Counted from the first letter of the stretch, positions 43,120 through 54,571 are shown. The stretch is DNA of 64,000 nucleotides from Candidatus Bathyarchaeota archaeon (GCA_963775685.1 CAVZJV010000014.1:320001-384000), one strand, 5' to 3'. Notes: generated by a model from the letters alone, not told the origin. Translations and numbers: made by a program.

Positions 43120-44243
43120 ATGTGGCATACATGCAACAACAACAATCAACCATGCTTAAACGATGACCTCGCTAATCTTATGGACAACATTGATACCGCA
43201 ATAGTCATTGTAGATACCGACCTCAAAATAAAACGATTTACCACTTCAGCTAACCAACTCCTACGCCTTATGCCCTCTGATGCAGAACATCCAATCACTG
43301 AGGACCGCTTGGCAATTCACGTAGAAGACTTGGAAAATCAGCTTCTGATGTCGATTTCCAAGTTAAATATTGTTAGCGCGGAATTTGCGACAGAAACCGT
43401 TGGTACCAAATGCGTATCCGACCCTACATAACTGGAGACAAGAAAATTTGTGGCGCCGTTCTATCCTTTTCAGACATAACTGAACTGAAAAAATGGGAAG
43501 AGGATAAGAGGCTTCATACCGAGGATTTGAAGAAACTTGTGAAAGAGCAAGCGCAAAAGATGGCGCAATCTGAAAGCTTAGTTACAATCGACGAAACTGC
43601 GGGGATGTTTGGTCATGACATTAGAAACCCGCTTCAATCGATCGTCAGCGAGCTTTACTTGGTAAAGGTGGAAGTGGCGCAGTTGCCTTACGGTAACGTT
43701 AAAAAAAAATCTGAATGAGAGCATTGCATGCATTGAGGGACAGACATTTTATATAAACAAGATAGTGGCTGAACTTCAAGACATTGCAAGACGACGGCTC
43801 CACAATTAGAAGAAATTGATGTGGAAAAAATTATTAAAGGAGTCCTAAGTTCTATCCCATTAACTCCAGACATTACATTTACCTTTAGTGTCCAGAACGA
43901 TTGCCCTAAACTTGTACTGGACGCATCCTACTTAAAACGAATTCTAACAAACCTAATTTCCAACTCCATGCAAGCTATGCCAAAGGGAGGAAAAATAACC
44001 GTTTTGCCGCATGCCACGTTAGATAAAAGCGTTAATCTGCGTTGCGGATACTGGATTTGGCATATCTGAGGAAGCTAAAGCTAAAATTTTCACGCCCCTG
44101 TTCACTACAAAGGCCAAAGATCAAGGCTTCGGTTTACCTGTAGTCAAAAATTGACTGAAGCGATGGGTGGCACCATAAGTTTTGAAAGCGAGAAAGGTAA
44201 AGGTTTAACGTTCACCTTAACATTTCCCCTTCCCCAGAAATAG
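43120..44243 (+). pseudogene. PAS-histidine kinase remnant (CheB/CheR-type PAS)
   Basis: LNDDLANLMDNIDTAIVIVD..KRFT, GHDIRNPL, NLISNS; several frameshifts; paralog of 27968-29836. Confidence 0.8.
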
Positions 44244-44251
44244 CATAAGAG

Positions 44252-44542
44252 CTAAACTGGTTTGTTTTCGTTTTTTGTTTCCTTTTCGTATTCTTTAACC
44301 ATGCGTTTTACTTTCTTTTCAAGCTGCAATTCGTAGGCGTGCTCAGGTACCATCGGTGGCAAATCGTCATTTTTCACTAAATCGTTTGGTTGTACAATGC
44401 GCCTTTCGCCAACCTTAACTGGAATTTTTTCTCCTTCAAGACAATCCTTAAAATCTTCCAGCGCCTCCACGATCCAGTATCCTTCACTTTCCGTTACTAC
44501 TTTGACTTTGTACAACCCCTTGTATAAGAAAAAGTCGCTCAT
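44252..44542 (-). CDS. Hypothetical protein
   Basis: 96-aa ORF with protein-like composition. Confidence 0.7.
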   Translation of the reverse strand: MSDFFLYKGLYKVKVVTESEGYWIVEALEDFKDCLEGEKIPVKVGERRIVQPNDLVKNDDLPPMVPEHAYELQLEKKVKRMVKEYEKETKNENKPV

Positions 44543-44647
44543 TAAAATCCTTCAATACTATTCTGGTTTTTAACTAAATAACTCTTGCTTTGAAACAGAG
44601 TTGTCTAAAGCTTCTTGCTGTTGGTTCTGCTCTTAAAATTCAATCAA

Positions 44648-45991
44648 TTAAAGTTGGTATTCTTTGTTTTTCTCTACAAGCGTCACTTGATCTCTGGCAT
44701 TTCCCATGAACTTCTTGAATAACTGAGCGTTTTCTGTGTGGACAGGGAAAATTTGTTTGGCATTAATTTTTCTTAGAGCTGATTTAAGTTGTAAAGGCAT
44801 CATGTGACCTGAAACATGAACGTGGTATTGGGGCAAACCGTAGTGGCTTAGCCAATTCACCAAGCGTTCATAGTCAATCTCCATCTCTTCGTTGAAGGGT
44901 TCCGACGCGGACAAAACATAGCAACTTCCCGCTGAAGGCTGAATCGCGTTTAATTCTTCAAAATCATAGAAAGACACCGCTAAAACCATGTTGCACTGTT
45001 GCTTCGAAACTTCGAACACATCGAAAATCTTGCCTTCCCCTTCAAATCGTTCAAGTAACTTGGTTTCCCACTTGTCATACCGCTTCTTCGACCTTCGAAA
45101 AATCAATATACCCTCATCCTCAAGCGAAGGAATCTGTAGATGCTTATCGCAGTGAAGTGCATCCAGCAGATAAGCTTGTTTTAGTGAAACAGCTAAGCGA
45201 CGATTGTTCTTTTTGGCAATTTTATAGACTGTGTTGAAACGATCAATATCTGAATAGCCAAACTCGGCAAGCATTATTCCATCAACTTGTGATGTAATCT
45301 TGTCAAGTTTCGCTTCAACTTCCACTTCGTTGCTAACAGTTGCTCCAGTCATGTTGGTGGCTTCAGTCACAATTGCAACTGGTTCAGTTTCCTTGGCTTT
45401 CTCCACAAATTCGTGTGTCATCTCGGGTTTAGCACCGTGGTCCCGAAAGTCTCCGGTGTATACAATTGCACCGTTGGATGTGTGAATCAAAAACCCGTAC
45501 GCGCCAGGAATGGAATGATCAACATGGATGGGCTCAACCTCTAAACCGTTAACCTTGATTTTTGTGCCTGTGCGAAAAATGTTGAAATTGATGTCTGCGA
45601 CGTTGAACTCCAAGTCTACACGTCGAATTGTGCTTAATGTTTGTAGAATTGTTTGTGTTGTTTCGCCACAGTATACGGGGATTTCGCGTTTAATAAAAGA
45701 CAAATAGGCCGAATGATCCAAGTGGCCATGAGAAAGAAACACAGCATCTATTTCGGCAGTTGTTTGATCAAATTTGTAAACTCCATCAATTTGCGGGAGG
45801 ATGCCGAGTTCTTGTAGGCTTCTTTCATTTTTTGGCGAAAGAAATGGCGGAGAATAGAATTGCTTTTTTGCGGTAAAGGACATGCCGAAGTCAAAGAAAA
45901 CCTTGATGTCGCGGTCTTGTAGCAGGATTTTGTTTCCGCCTATCTCGTTGACTCCACCATAGAACGTTAAAGTTGTCTTATTTTCAACCAA
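44648..45991 (-). CDS. MBL-fold beta-CASP hydrolase (RNase J-like)
   Basis: YGGVNEIGGNKI, SHGHLDH, VDHSIPGA, YTGDFR, HVSGH, PVHTE. Confidence 0.9.
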   Translation of the reverse strand: MVENKTTLTFYGGVNEIGGNKILLQDRDIKVFFDFGMSFTAKKQFYSPPFLSPKNERSLQELGILPQIDGVYKFDQTTAEIDAVFLSHGHLDHSAYLSFIKREIPVYCGETTQTILQTLSTIRRVDLEFNVADINFNIFRTGTKIKVNGLEVEPIHVDHSIPGAYGFLIHTSNGAIVYTGDFRDHGAKPEMTHEFVEKAKETEPVAIVTEATNMTGATVSNEVEVEAKLDKITSQVDGIMLAEFGYSDIDRFNTVYKIAKKNNRRLAVSLKQAYLLDALHCDKHLQIPSLEDEGILIFRRSKKRYDKWETKLLERFEGEGKIFDVFEVSKQQCNMVLAVSFYDFEELNAIQPSAGSCYVLSASEPFNEEMEIDYERLVNWLSHYGLPQYHVHVSGHMMPLQLKSALRKINAKQIFPVHTENAQLFKKFMGNARDQVTLVEKNKEYQL

Positions 45992-47699
45992 CCGCTCTTC
46001 CCTCAGTGTCTTTGGTTTTTTTGCAAACATCCGAAATAACATGTAATATCGATGGCTGAGTGAAGATGCTGAAAACCCGAGTGTACTTAGACAATGCAGC
46101 TTCTCTTATTTCATGTACGCTTCCGCCGCCTCTTAAGTAGCCATCTATGAAGGCTTTGGTAACTACTTCAGGTTTAACGTTGCTGTAAAATGGTTGAAGA
46201 TAGTGTCCACTGTAATAAAGGAAGACAGATATATCCCAGGCTTTATCGCCGCCTTGCGTAGCCTGTTCAAAATCAATAAGAAAAATGGTGCCGTCCTGCT
46301 TAATTAGTACATTATCGGGTTTAGTATCGCCTAAGCAGATGTTGCTTAAGTGAACTTTTGCAAGTACTTCGCCAACTCTATTTATTGTAGAGACTACCTT
46401 TTTATTAGTAGCTTTGTCTGTTGAGGTTGCAAATGTTTTAATTGCTTCACTAAGATTTTCTCCCTCAATATACTCCATGAACACTATGCGTTCAGCGTTG
46501 CTTACATGCAAAATCTTAGGAACGTTAAACCCTTCGTTGCGCAAAAACTCATTAATCGCCCATTCCTTCGCCAGTCGTGCCTGACCTGAAACCGCAAATG
46601 ACCTCGCTCCAAAAGACCACAAAGTCAAAGGGAACCATTTAAGGCCAGACCAATCCTTAAAACGCTTAGCTAAAACTTTGGCTTCCCCCTCGTTGCCATG
46701 GGCATTGATTAGGTAAACGTCGTTTAGCATGCTACCGAGGTGTTCTACTTCAATGTTGTCATTCTTCCCCTTGGGAAGCATTCTTTTGGCAAACCCTTTG
46801 ATATCAATCTTATCGGCAAGCGAAACCATCCCTTCCGAGGTTGGAAAGAGAATAAATTTCTTAGGATCAACAAAACGGCAGTTAGGGTCAGGCTGCCTTA
46901 TCCAACTGATTTTTTGGCTTTTAAGAATGAGTTCGGTGTTTTGCGAAATTATGTTCATTAGTTGTGGGAAGACACCGAATAGTGATGTGAAAAGTCTTCG
47001 AGGCATATTTTTAGATAAGTTTACTATTTTTATTCGCGGGTCTTGATTTTGAGCTATGAATTTTCTTGTTATGACTATGTAATCTTTTGTTTTGATTATT
47101 TTTTCTTCAGCTTCAAGTTGTTTTAGGGCTTCCAGGTAAACGCTGAGTGCAAGATCTTCATCTTGCTGAAGACAACGGACCAGGTTTGCGATCTCATAGG
47201 CGATTAGAGGAAAAACTCGGATACGGTTAGAAAACACTTCATATAGGAAGTACTCTGGTTTAATTTGTATGCTTTGCGCAAGCTCAGGAAAATTCACTAC
47301 TAAATTCTCAAGCAATTCAAGAATTAGACGTTTCTTTAGGGCAACTTCTTTCTCATGCAAATAATCGTTGCCTTGAAGCGTTAGATAAGGAAAAATAAGC
47401 TTACTTGCAATAGCCTCACCCAGAAATCCCCTATCGATGTCACGCTCAAAAATCCACTGATTAACTGCCGTAACAAAAATAGTCTTGTTCTTGACTGTTT
47501 TTAAGTAACGCATTAGTCGAGGCTGAAAATCATGAACAACCAGCATTACTTCATAGATTGAGCGATCGTTTAGTTTTTTTACCGAATAGTTGTCCACCAA
47601 GGCGATGGCTGTGATTTTGGATGACCCGGCGACGTGTATGCAAAAATCAAGAATTTGGTTGGTTAACCCGAAAGTTTCACTGTTGTTTACCCGCTTCAA
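45984..47699 (-). CDS. Atypical kinase (RIO/Bud32/Kdo-like) with N-terminal degenerate nucleotidyltransferase-like region
   Basis: LAKRF, FMEYIEG, LGDTKPDNVL, IDFEQA; overlaps the RNase J-like start. Confidence 0.7.
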   Translation of the reverse strand: MKRVNNSETFGLTNQILDFCIHVAGSSKITAIALVDNYSVKKLNDRSIYEVMLVVHDFQPRLMRYLKTVKNKTIFVTAVNQWIFERDIDRGFLGEAIASKLIFPYLTLQGNDYLHEKEVALKKRLILELLENLVVNFPELAQSIQIKPEYFLYEVFSNRIRVFPLIAYEIANLVRCLQQDEDLALSVYLEALKQLEAEEKIIKTKDYIVITRKFIAQNQDPRIKIVNLSKNMPRRLFTSLFGVFPQLMNIISQNTELILKSQKISWIRQPDPNCRFVDPKKFILFPTSEGMVSLADKIDIKGFAKRMLPKGKNDNIEVEHLGSMLNDVYLINAHGNEGEAKVLAKRFKDWSGLKWFPLTLWSFGARSFAVSGQARLAKEWAINEFLRNEGFNVPKILHVSNAERIVFMEYIEGENLSEAIKTFATSTDKATNKKVVSTINRVGEVLAKVHLSNICLGDTKPDNVLIKQDGTIFLIDFEQATQGGDKAWDISVFLYYSGHYLQPFYSNVKPEVVTKAFIDGYLRGGGSVHEIREAALSKYTRVFSIFTQPSILHVISDVCKKTKDTEGRAVG

Positions 47700-47831
47700 T
47701 TAGTCACCCTGAGGATTAACCTACCAATTGCGCGCAGATGTATTTAAAACAGGTTTATGTACTGGCAAAAATGCCTGGGATTTCAAAGTTTCAAGGATAT
47801 GTTTCTAGCAAGCGATAAAAAAGTGCCAATT

Positions 47832-48236
47832 TTATGGGACGTGTATGGTTAAGCTGCCTCTGCTTTTGGAGTTTACCATGGTGACATTTGTTTGTGTTAT
47901 CTCCGGGGTTGTGGTTGCTATTTTCCTGCAGATCAAATTGAGGGAGTCTTCGGTAAAGTTGAGCATGTTTTGTCCGTCGTTTGTTAGGCTGTAGACTTTT
48001 CTTGGGCGTTCAAAATTCATGTTCCAATGACTGTTTACATAGCCTTTCTTTTCTAGGGCGCCTAGTAGTGGGTATATGGTGCTTGGTCCGAAGTATACCC
48101 CGAAGTTTTTGCGAATTTTGGTGATGACTTGGTAACCATGCATGGGCTCTTGCTGCAAAAACTGCAGGATTATCATGTCTAATAATCCTTTCATTAGTTT
48201 TGTTGATACTTCTTTTTGTGAGCTTGGTTTAAACAT
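47832..48236 (-). CDS. PadR-family regulator
   Basis: MHGYQVI..GPSTIYPLL..RPRKVYSLT. Confidence 0.92.
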   Translation of the reverse strand: MFKPSSQKEVSTKLMKGLLDMIILQFLQQEPMHGYQVITKIRKNFGVYFGPSTIYPLLGALEKKGYVNSHWNMNFERPRKVYSLTNDGQNMLNFTEDSLNLICRKIATTTPEITQTNVTMVNSKSRGSLTIHVP

Positions 48237-48475
48237 TTTTTTCTCCTCGACTTGTATCCTTGTTGAACAGTTTTTCTGTTATACCTGTATACAATATGTC
48301 CATATTCGGACATATCTTGAGTACTTAGTATCCTTAAACCCTGATATAAACCCTCACACATACCCAAAGCATACTAAGACATACTACAGCATACAAACAT
48401 TCAAAAAAATTAACATAAACCTAATTAATCCAAACATCAACCCCATACACAAAACAAGCCCCACAAGGAAGAACC

Positions 48476-48793
48476 ATGTCTGAAACCTACAAAAAACAAA
48501 TTGTACAACACATAATCAGAAACTTACTAGACATCCAACTCCTACGCATCATCCAAGCTCAACCAACATGGGGCTATAAAATAAAAAAACAGGTAGAAGC
48601 AGATTTTAATGTGAAACTAAGACACGGCGCGCTCTACCCAACCCTGAACCGCCTTGAAGAGAACGGCTTTGTAGAAAGCAGCATACAGCAAAAAGATGGT
48701 CGTGCCAGAAAAGTATACACCGTAACTGAAAACGGTAAAATCTACCTGGAAACCTACTACAGCATCTTGAAAGGGCAGCTGGAAAATACATAA
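48476..48793 (+). CDS. PadR-family regulator
   Basis: WGYKIK..GALYPTLNRLE..RARKVYTVT. Confidence 0.92.
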   Translation: MSETYKKQIVQHIIRNLLDIQLLRIIQAQPTWGYKIKKQVEADFNVKLRHGALYPTLNRLEENGFVESSIQQKDGRARKVYTVTENGKIYLETYYSILKGQLENT

Positions 48794-48934
48794 CAACCAG
48801 ACCAAGCGTTTTTGCATTTTTTTATTTTATGAACACTTTTGATACATACTTTTAATTACTATTTTTCGAAGGCTATGGACCTGTATGAAAAAGTTTTTAT
48901 CCTAATACCCGTGACAGGAACTCGAGGAAAACAC

Positions 48935-49576
48935 ATGATTTTAGAAACGAGCAAAACTTTAGGTGGCATTGGCGCAATATTAATGTTTATCGGCATTTTC
49001 CCATTCATAAGCTACTATGGCATAATAGAAATTGTAGGCGCAATACTTATCCTGTTTTCTCTGCGTGGCTTGGCTAATCACTTTCGACAAAGCGGCATTT
49101 TCACTAACGCCCTCTATGGAATCTTTGCTGGTATAATCGGCGCCGTCATCGCAGCAGTAGCAACCGTTGTAACAATTCTGACGTCACTAACTGATCTAAT
49201 AAAACAGATATATCCTGGTTGGAATGGTGACTGGTCTACAATTCAAGGCATGACTCCAAACACAGGCAACCTCGACTACTCCGCGATATATCCTCTTGTC
49301 GCTGGAATAATTTCAGTTTTGGTTATTGTTTGGATCTTTGCAATAATCGCAGCTTTCTTTGTTTGGCGCTCGCTAAAGCAGGTTTCAAATAAATCAAATA
49401 CTGGCTTGTTCGGAACAGTTGGATTATTGTTACTAGTTGGCGCAATTATCCCCTTAATTGGATTATTACTGATGTGGATAGCTGCCCTGCTCTTGGCAAT
49501 CGCTTTCTTTACTATGAAGACAACAGAACAGCCCATGGTAGGCGCAATGTCTCCTCCACCACCTACAGCAGTCTAA
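48935..49576 (+). CDS. DUF996-like membrane protein
   Basis: SKTLGGIGAIL..LFGTVGLLLLVGA..LLAIAFF. Confidence 0.8.
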   Translation: MILETSKTLGGIGAILMFIGIFPFISYYGIIEIVGAILILFSLRGLANHFRQSGIFTNALYGIFAGIIGAVIAAVATVVTILTSLTDLIKQIYPGWNGDWSTIQGMTPNTGNLDYSAIYPLVAGIISVLVIVWIFAIIAAFFVWRSLKQVSNKSNTGLFGTVGLLLLVGAIIPLIGLLLMWIAALLLAIAFFTMKTTEQPMVGAMSPPPPTAV

Positions 49577-49650
49577 AAATAAATCATCTCCCCACTTTTT
49601 TTCTTTTAATATTTCAAAGCAGACATCATTTTGGCGGACGAATCTCTTTT

Positions 49651-50126
49651 ATGAAATTACCTCAGGACCCTAGCAAATTTAGTTTTGGCGCCACTTCCTC
49701 CACTGTCACTAGTTCGGAATAATTTTTGGACTGTTATCCTCTGGCAACCCTCAAGCCAGCGTAATTGGCTCTTTGCTTGTGATAGCTGTCGCAGACAACA
49801 TCGCAGACTCTCTTGGGATTCATATTTACAGAGAGACAACGTCAACAAAAAAAGAAAACACAAGAATGTTCACCATTAGCAACTTTTTAACCCGGTTCAG
49901 CATCACCCTTACCTTTGTTGGGTTGTTTGCTTTCTTGCCTGTTGATTACGCTGCAACATTTTGTGTAGTAATTGGGTTTGGAATCTTGGTTTTCCTAAGC
50001 TACCTCATCGGTGTTCAACGCAGAACCAGTACGATTAGAGAAATCCTCATCCATCTTGGTATAGCTATTCCTGTAATCGTGATAAGCCACTTTTTGGGCC
50101 AACTAATATTTAGCATATTTGGATAA
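49651..50126 (+). CDS. VIT1/CCC1-like membrane protein, frameshifted
   Basis: SFGATSSTVT.. followed by VIAVADNIADSLGIHI in another frame. Confidence 0.65.
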
Positions 50127-50224
50127 ACTCGAAAATGCTGAGTAAGTTTTTGTTTGTGGAAAAAAGTTGGTCCTAACAACAATTAATAGTTAGGATCCCA
50201 TTTTAAATTAACAGAGATAAAAGT

Positions 50225-50653
50225 ATGGCACTTGATTTTCAAGGAAATATAGTTTCTATTATTCAAGTCATCGCATTAATCCTACTTATAATAGGAGTTT
50301 ATCCTTATAGAATAAGGACTAAAAACAGAAACCTCATAATGCATGGCTTTTTAAGCATTTTAGCAGTTGGACTTAACCTTGCCACAGTAATTTATGTAAT
50401 GATTCCTGTTTTTAATAAAAACATCACCTTTATCAGTGGATTGTCAATTTTGCAGTCAACGATTGTTTGGCTCCATGTTGCTTCTGGAATAACAGCAATC
50501 GTTTTGGGTTTTGTTATCATTGTTTCATGGATAACTCATCCTTTAGGGGAACTCGGATGCTCCAGAACGTGGAGACTAATGATACCTACATTCTTGATTT
50601 GGACCCTAGCATTGATCTTAGGTTTAATCATACATATTTATACCATAGTTTAA
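50225..50653 (+). CDS. 4-TM membrane protein (DUF420/cytochrome b-like His pattern)
   Basis: His residues in TMs (MHG, WLHV). Confidence 0.6.
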   Translation: MALDFQGNIVSIIQVIALILLIIGVYPYRIRTKNRNLIMHGFLSILAVGLNLATVIYVMIPVFNKNITFISGLSILQSTIVWLHVASGITAIVLGFVIIVSWITHPLGELGCSRTWRLMIPTFLIWTLALILGLIIHIYTIV

Positions 50654-50899
50654 TAGACCAAATGTTCAAAAAATAATTTGAACAAGTTGATTTGCTAGTT
50701 TTAAGGCATAACAGAGTTAAAGTAAACTAACTGAAAGATTTTGCAAACTATGGCAAGGTTTTTTCAAAAGAATATGTCAAAGGCTGATACATTTTGGTTT
50801 TTGATGTGTAAAAATTGTAGAAATAAGTCCCTTATATTAGAAATTTGTTTATTAAGAATTAATATAAAATAAAAACTTTGAAAAAAGGTGAATTAAAAG

Positions 50900-51691
50900 A
50901 TGAAAAAAACATTAACAATATTCCCCATCTTATTGCTTGTTCTATCTTCTTCTTTATTTGCAATAGCTACTGCTTCTTGCAATGAATCCCGTGCAGCTAT
51001 AACTTTGTCTCCTCCACAAGGATTTGCAATGACTATGATAACAGGCACAAGATTCGACGAATCTAAAACTATAACAATCGCATATGACGGCGCTGTTCAG
51101 TCAACAATACCTGCTGCGGTCAAAACTGATAATAAAGGTTCTTTCACTGCCATAATTTCGATTCCCGATGAACTTGCAGTCGGCCTTCACAGAATAACCG
51201 CTACCGAATCACATGGAGACTCAGCCTCAACAACCTTCACAGTTGTTGACATGACAGGACCACAAGGAATTCAAGGCGTCACCGGACAGAATGGCAAAGA
51301 TGGCATTAACGGAATTAATGGTTTGGCGGGTCAGGACTTTAATGTGACAGGACACTTGTTTATTTATAATGGCACCGACGGCTTAAATGGTAAAGATGGA
51401 ATCAATGGAACAGATGGAATTGACGGTTACAACGGAATAGATGGAATCAATGGAGCCAATGGAATTAACGGAATCAATGGAAAGAATGGCACTAATGGAG
51501 TAAATGGAGCCGACGGCGCTCAGGGTCCACCAGGCTCTCAAGGTTTGCAAGGCGCAACTGAACAAGTAATCGTCACTAAACCACTCACAACGGGCGGAAT
51601 AGACTTTCAAAGCTTCATAGCTATCATCGTTATTGCACTAATTGCTTTCGCTACCGCAATGATTACCCTTTATCGCAAAAGTAACAGCTAA
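50900..51691 (+). CDS. Collagen-like surface protein
   Basis: Signal peptide, Ig-like domain, long Gly-X-Y run (GINGINGKNGTNG), C-terminal TM plus basic tail. Confidence 0.85.
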   Translation: MKKTLTIFPILLLVLSSSLFAIATASCNESRAAITLSPPQGFAMTMITGTRFDESKTITIAYDGAVQSTIPAAVKTDNKGSFTAIISIPDELAVGLHRITATESHGDSASTTFTVVDMTGPQGIQGVTGQNGKDGINGINGLAGQDFNVTGHLFIYNGTDGLNGKDGINGTDGIDGYNGIDGINGANGINGINGKNGTNGVNGADGAQGPPGSQGLQGATEQVIVTKPLTTGGIDFQSFIAIIVIALIAFATAMITLYRKSNS

Positions 51692-51820
51692 GCGCTTCTA
51701 CTGTTTAGAGCGTAAACGCCATTCTTTTCTATTTTTGTTTCCTAATTTTGCAAAGATAGAGGCTGTTCCCATAGCGAGCTATATTCGTCTTTATCAAGCA
51801 AAGGTCATAATATTCGTATT

Positions 51821-51870
51821 AGGTTGGGCAGATGTTCTTTCAGCGAGGATTAACCGTCCCAGCCTTAGGG
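51821..51870 (+). repeat. Putative attL: degenerate copy of the 5' half of the C/D sRNA locus
   Basis: aggttggg-N11-tcagcg-aggattaa-ccgtcccagcct-taggg versus agactggg-N11-tcagcg-ggggatgatgtcg-ccgtcccagtctgataggg at 57803-57859. Confidence 0.65.
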
Positions 51871-52058
51871 CAAAGTAATTTTTTAACGGCTTTAATCCTG
51901 TAGTCTTATTGTAGCTTTCTAGTTATATGCTTTTGGAGTTCTGCTTTCTCGCAACAAGAAAAACTATTAGTATCCGTTCTTGAACTTGTATCCATGTTGA
52001 GAGTTAGGGGTTTTAAATAACTTTTTATATCCTTTTCCCAAGTTAAATTAGAGGATTT

Positions 52059-52562
52059 TTGTTGAATTTCAAAGAATCTGAGTTCTTGTTGGCACTCTTA
52101 ATCGTTGTAGTAGCGGGGTCGCTCATGGTTGCTGCATACCTGCATTTGATAAACGTGAGTTTTTTTGTAGGTCCTCTACGTTTTAGCCATTGGCTTTCGA
52201 TAATTGGCACAAGCTACATTGCAATCGATACTCCTGCATTCGTGGTTTTAAAGCGTTATTATTCTGAAAAGTATACTGGTCTTCTTAAATACCACATTTT
52301 CGGAAACCTTCTATTCTTTTCGTTAATTTCGATTCATTTTGCAGCTCAACTTGGCAGACCAATAGCATTCTACCCAGCGTTGGGAACAGGCTTAATCTTA
52401 TACATTGCATTAACTTTAGAAGTGACAACAGGTTTCGCAGAAAGATTCCCTTTAGTAAAACAAATAGACCATAAAACTAACCAATTTATTCACGCGGCCT
52501 TAGTTATGGTGTTTTTCTTGGTGATAATTTTTCATGTTCTTACAGCTTTAGGTATTCTTTGA
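52059..52562 (+). CDS. Membrane protein with conserved-looking His (heme-binding-like)
   Basis: SHWLSIIG, KYHIFGNL..SIHF, FIHA..IFHV. Confidence 0.7.
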   Translation: MLNFKESEFLLALLIVVVAGSLMVAAYLHLINVSFFVGPLRFSHWLSIIGTSYIAIDTPAFVVLKRYYSEKYTGLLKYHIFGNLLFFSLISIHFAAQLGRPIAFYPALGTGLILYIALTLEVTTGFAERFPLVKQIDHKTNQFIHAALVMVFFLVIIFHVLTALGIL

Positions 52563-52870
52563 AATATGGTCCTTTAAAACTTAGATTTTCCAATGCATGT
52601 AACAACAATTTTTACTTGGTCGTTTGCTTATTTCTATTTTTGAAGGTCTCACGAAATTGTGCAAAAACAGAGTTCTTAGGTTCGAGCGAGGGTGCCCTTT
52701 TGGGAGTGTACTCGCTATCCGAAGAATTTTCACTTAAAGTCCCTTATTTTCCTCAAGTTGGGAAAAGGGGACTTAGGAATTTGGTCGGCGGCAACCCTTG
52801 TGGTTGCTCGCTTCCCACTTTCTCTCTACGCTTCGGAGCTCTGCCAATCTCTAACTGGTTTAGTTTAAAC

Positions 52871-53459
52871 TTATTCATCGAGATTCTTTTTCCATTCTTT
52901 TAACATTGCTTTTGATTCTGGAAATAACTTCAGTGCTTCTTTGACGTTTCTTTTTCTATCCTTGGGGTCTATTTTCTTCATTTCTTCCAAAATTATCATA
53001 AATAGATAGGGCATTGCTACATCAGCGCCGTCTTTTTGAACAACGGGCAAGAATTTGCCAACGTCTTTAAGGTACGTTGCGAAGTGCTCTTTTCCCCAAA
53101 CATCATAGAGTTTTCTAAAGGACTTGCAAAATTCAACTCTCGATTTGTAAGCATCTAAAACTTCAAGGATGTTGTCCGATGAATGTGTCAATGTATAAAA
53201 AACGCCTGATTCAGTACAAGAATAAATTTTTATTTTTACTTTCTTTTGTGAAATTCCTTCTTTGGATTCAACAAAACCTATCTTTTCTAGGCATGTCTAC
53301 GGCTTTAGAGATAGAACCGTATTGGTCGGATGGGTGTTTTATGCCTTGCTGGATTGCTTGTTTATGATTGTCGGGGTTTTGGGCTAAGTGGAATAGGACT
53401 TTTTCTTGTAAGCTTCCAAGTTCTTTGAAGATTATGTCTTATGAATTCTTGTAGGTCAT
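52871..53459 (-). pseudogene. wHTH regulator of element 2 (in-frame stop and frameshift)
   Basis: LGSLQEKVLFHLAQNP..YGSISKAVD / LEKIGFVESKEG..YSCTESG, leading into ORF 52871-53191. Confidence 0.65.
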
Positions 53460-53563
53460 TGCAATTACCATACTGTGTAAGTATAGTGTGTAAGTGACAT
53501 ACTATATTTACTCACAATAGAGCATTATTAGTCCTTGCTTATTAGATTTTCAAGTGAATAAGC
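53460..53563. promoter_or_regulatory. Divergent promoter/operator with tandem TGTGTAAGT repeats
   Basis: ctgtgtaagtatagtgtgtaagtg between the wHTH and rep genes. Confidence 0.55.
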
Positions 53564-54571
53564 ATGATAATAACACAAGAAACAGTAAACATTCAAGAAA
53601 AAGAACTTACTTTCAAACAAACGAACCCAGAAAACTGGGCAAATTATGGAGATTATCAACTTGCAGGGCACGGAATACAGACAAGCCCTAAATGCGGAAC
53701 GTTCAACAAATACATGGGGTGCCTAAACTATAAGGCACATAATCAAACTCGTTTCTTTAATGAGAGTTTAGCGAAGGATTCTGTTTTTGTTAAGCCGATT
53801 TATCACTCATGTGATAAACCCTGTTGCCCCGTATGCTTCAAATAAGGCTGGGCTGTTCGCGAAGCCTATCGCATGGAAGAACGCCTAAAAATAGCTTCTA
53901 ACCGCTTTGGGCTTCCAGTAGAACACATAGTGGCTAGCATCAGAACCGAAGATTACGGTTTAAGCCTCGATTCGCTTCGCAAAAAAGCAGTCCGACTCAT
54001 GGCTAATCGAGGAATAATCGGTGGCTCCATAATCTTTCACGGCTTCCGCTATGCGAACCGAAAAGAAGCAAAAATAAAAAGCGTTCCCTTTGGCTGGCGG
54101 TGGAATCCACACTTTCACATACTCGGTTTTGTTGGTGGCGAAGGTTATGGTCTTTGCCGAAAATGCAAAGGTGGTGACTGTTATGCCTGCAAAGGCGTTG
54201 AAGGAGTCACAAGACGTGAAAACAAGAAAGACGGTTGGGTTGTCAAGGTCTTAGATAAGCGAAAAACTGTTGGCGGAACTTGTTGGTATCAGTTAAATCA
54301 CTGCTCGATTCGCAGAGGTTCTAAAAAATCTCATGCTACAACTTGGTTTGGCGCTTGTTCCTATCGAAAGCTGGAGATAATTAACGGTGATGACGTTGGA
54401 ATTAAACATAAGTGTTCTATCTGCAATTCCGAGTTAGTTCATGTCCGATACTTAGGCGGTTCAAAACTATTGCTTACTCGAAAAGGCGAAGTTTTAAGCA
54501 TGTTTGCTGATGATGGGACACCCCTTTGGGAAGTTGTGCATGAAGGAACTTGTCATGGGGGCTGTGGATAG
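53564..54571 (+). CDS. Rolling-circle replication initiator (HUH Rep) with Zn-binding motifs; in-frame TAA at 53843-53845
   Basis: ORFs 53564-53845 and 53873-54571 are in one frame; CDKPCCPVC, motif I HIVAS, motif II PHFHILG, motif III WYQLNH, TWFG..SY. Confidence 0.8.

Noticed and set aside
47832-48793. Divergent PadR pair as a novel switch
   Set aside because: PadR paralogs are common in these archaea, and no operator or special context was identified.
52559-52903. 114-aa plus-strand ORF
   Set aside because: Spans a hairpin-rich, noncoding-looking region with no protein-like features.
53843-53845. Recoded stop (Sec/Pyl) in Rep
   Set aside because: The codon is TAA; a point mutation or error from Tyr (TAC/TAT) is simpler.
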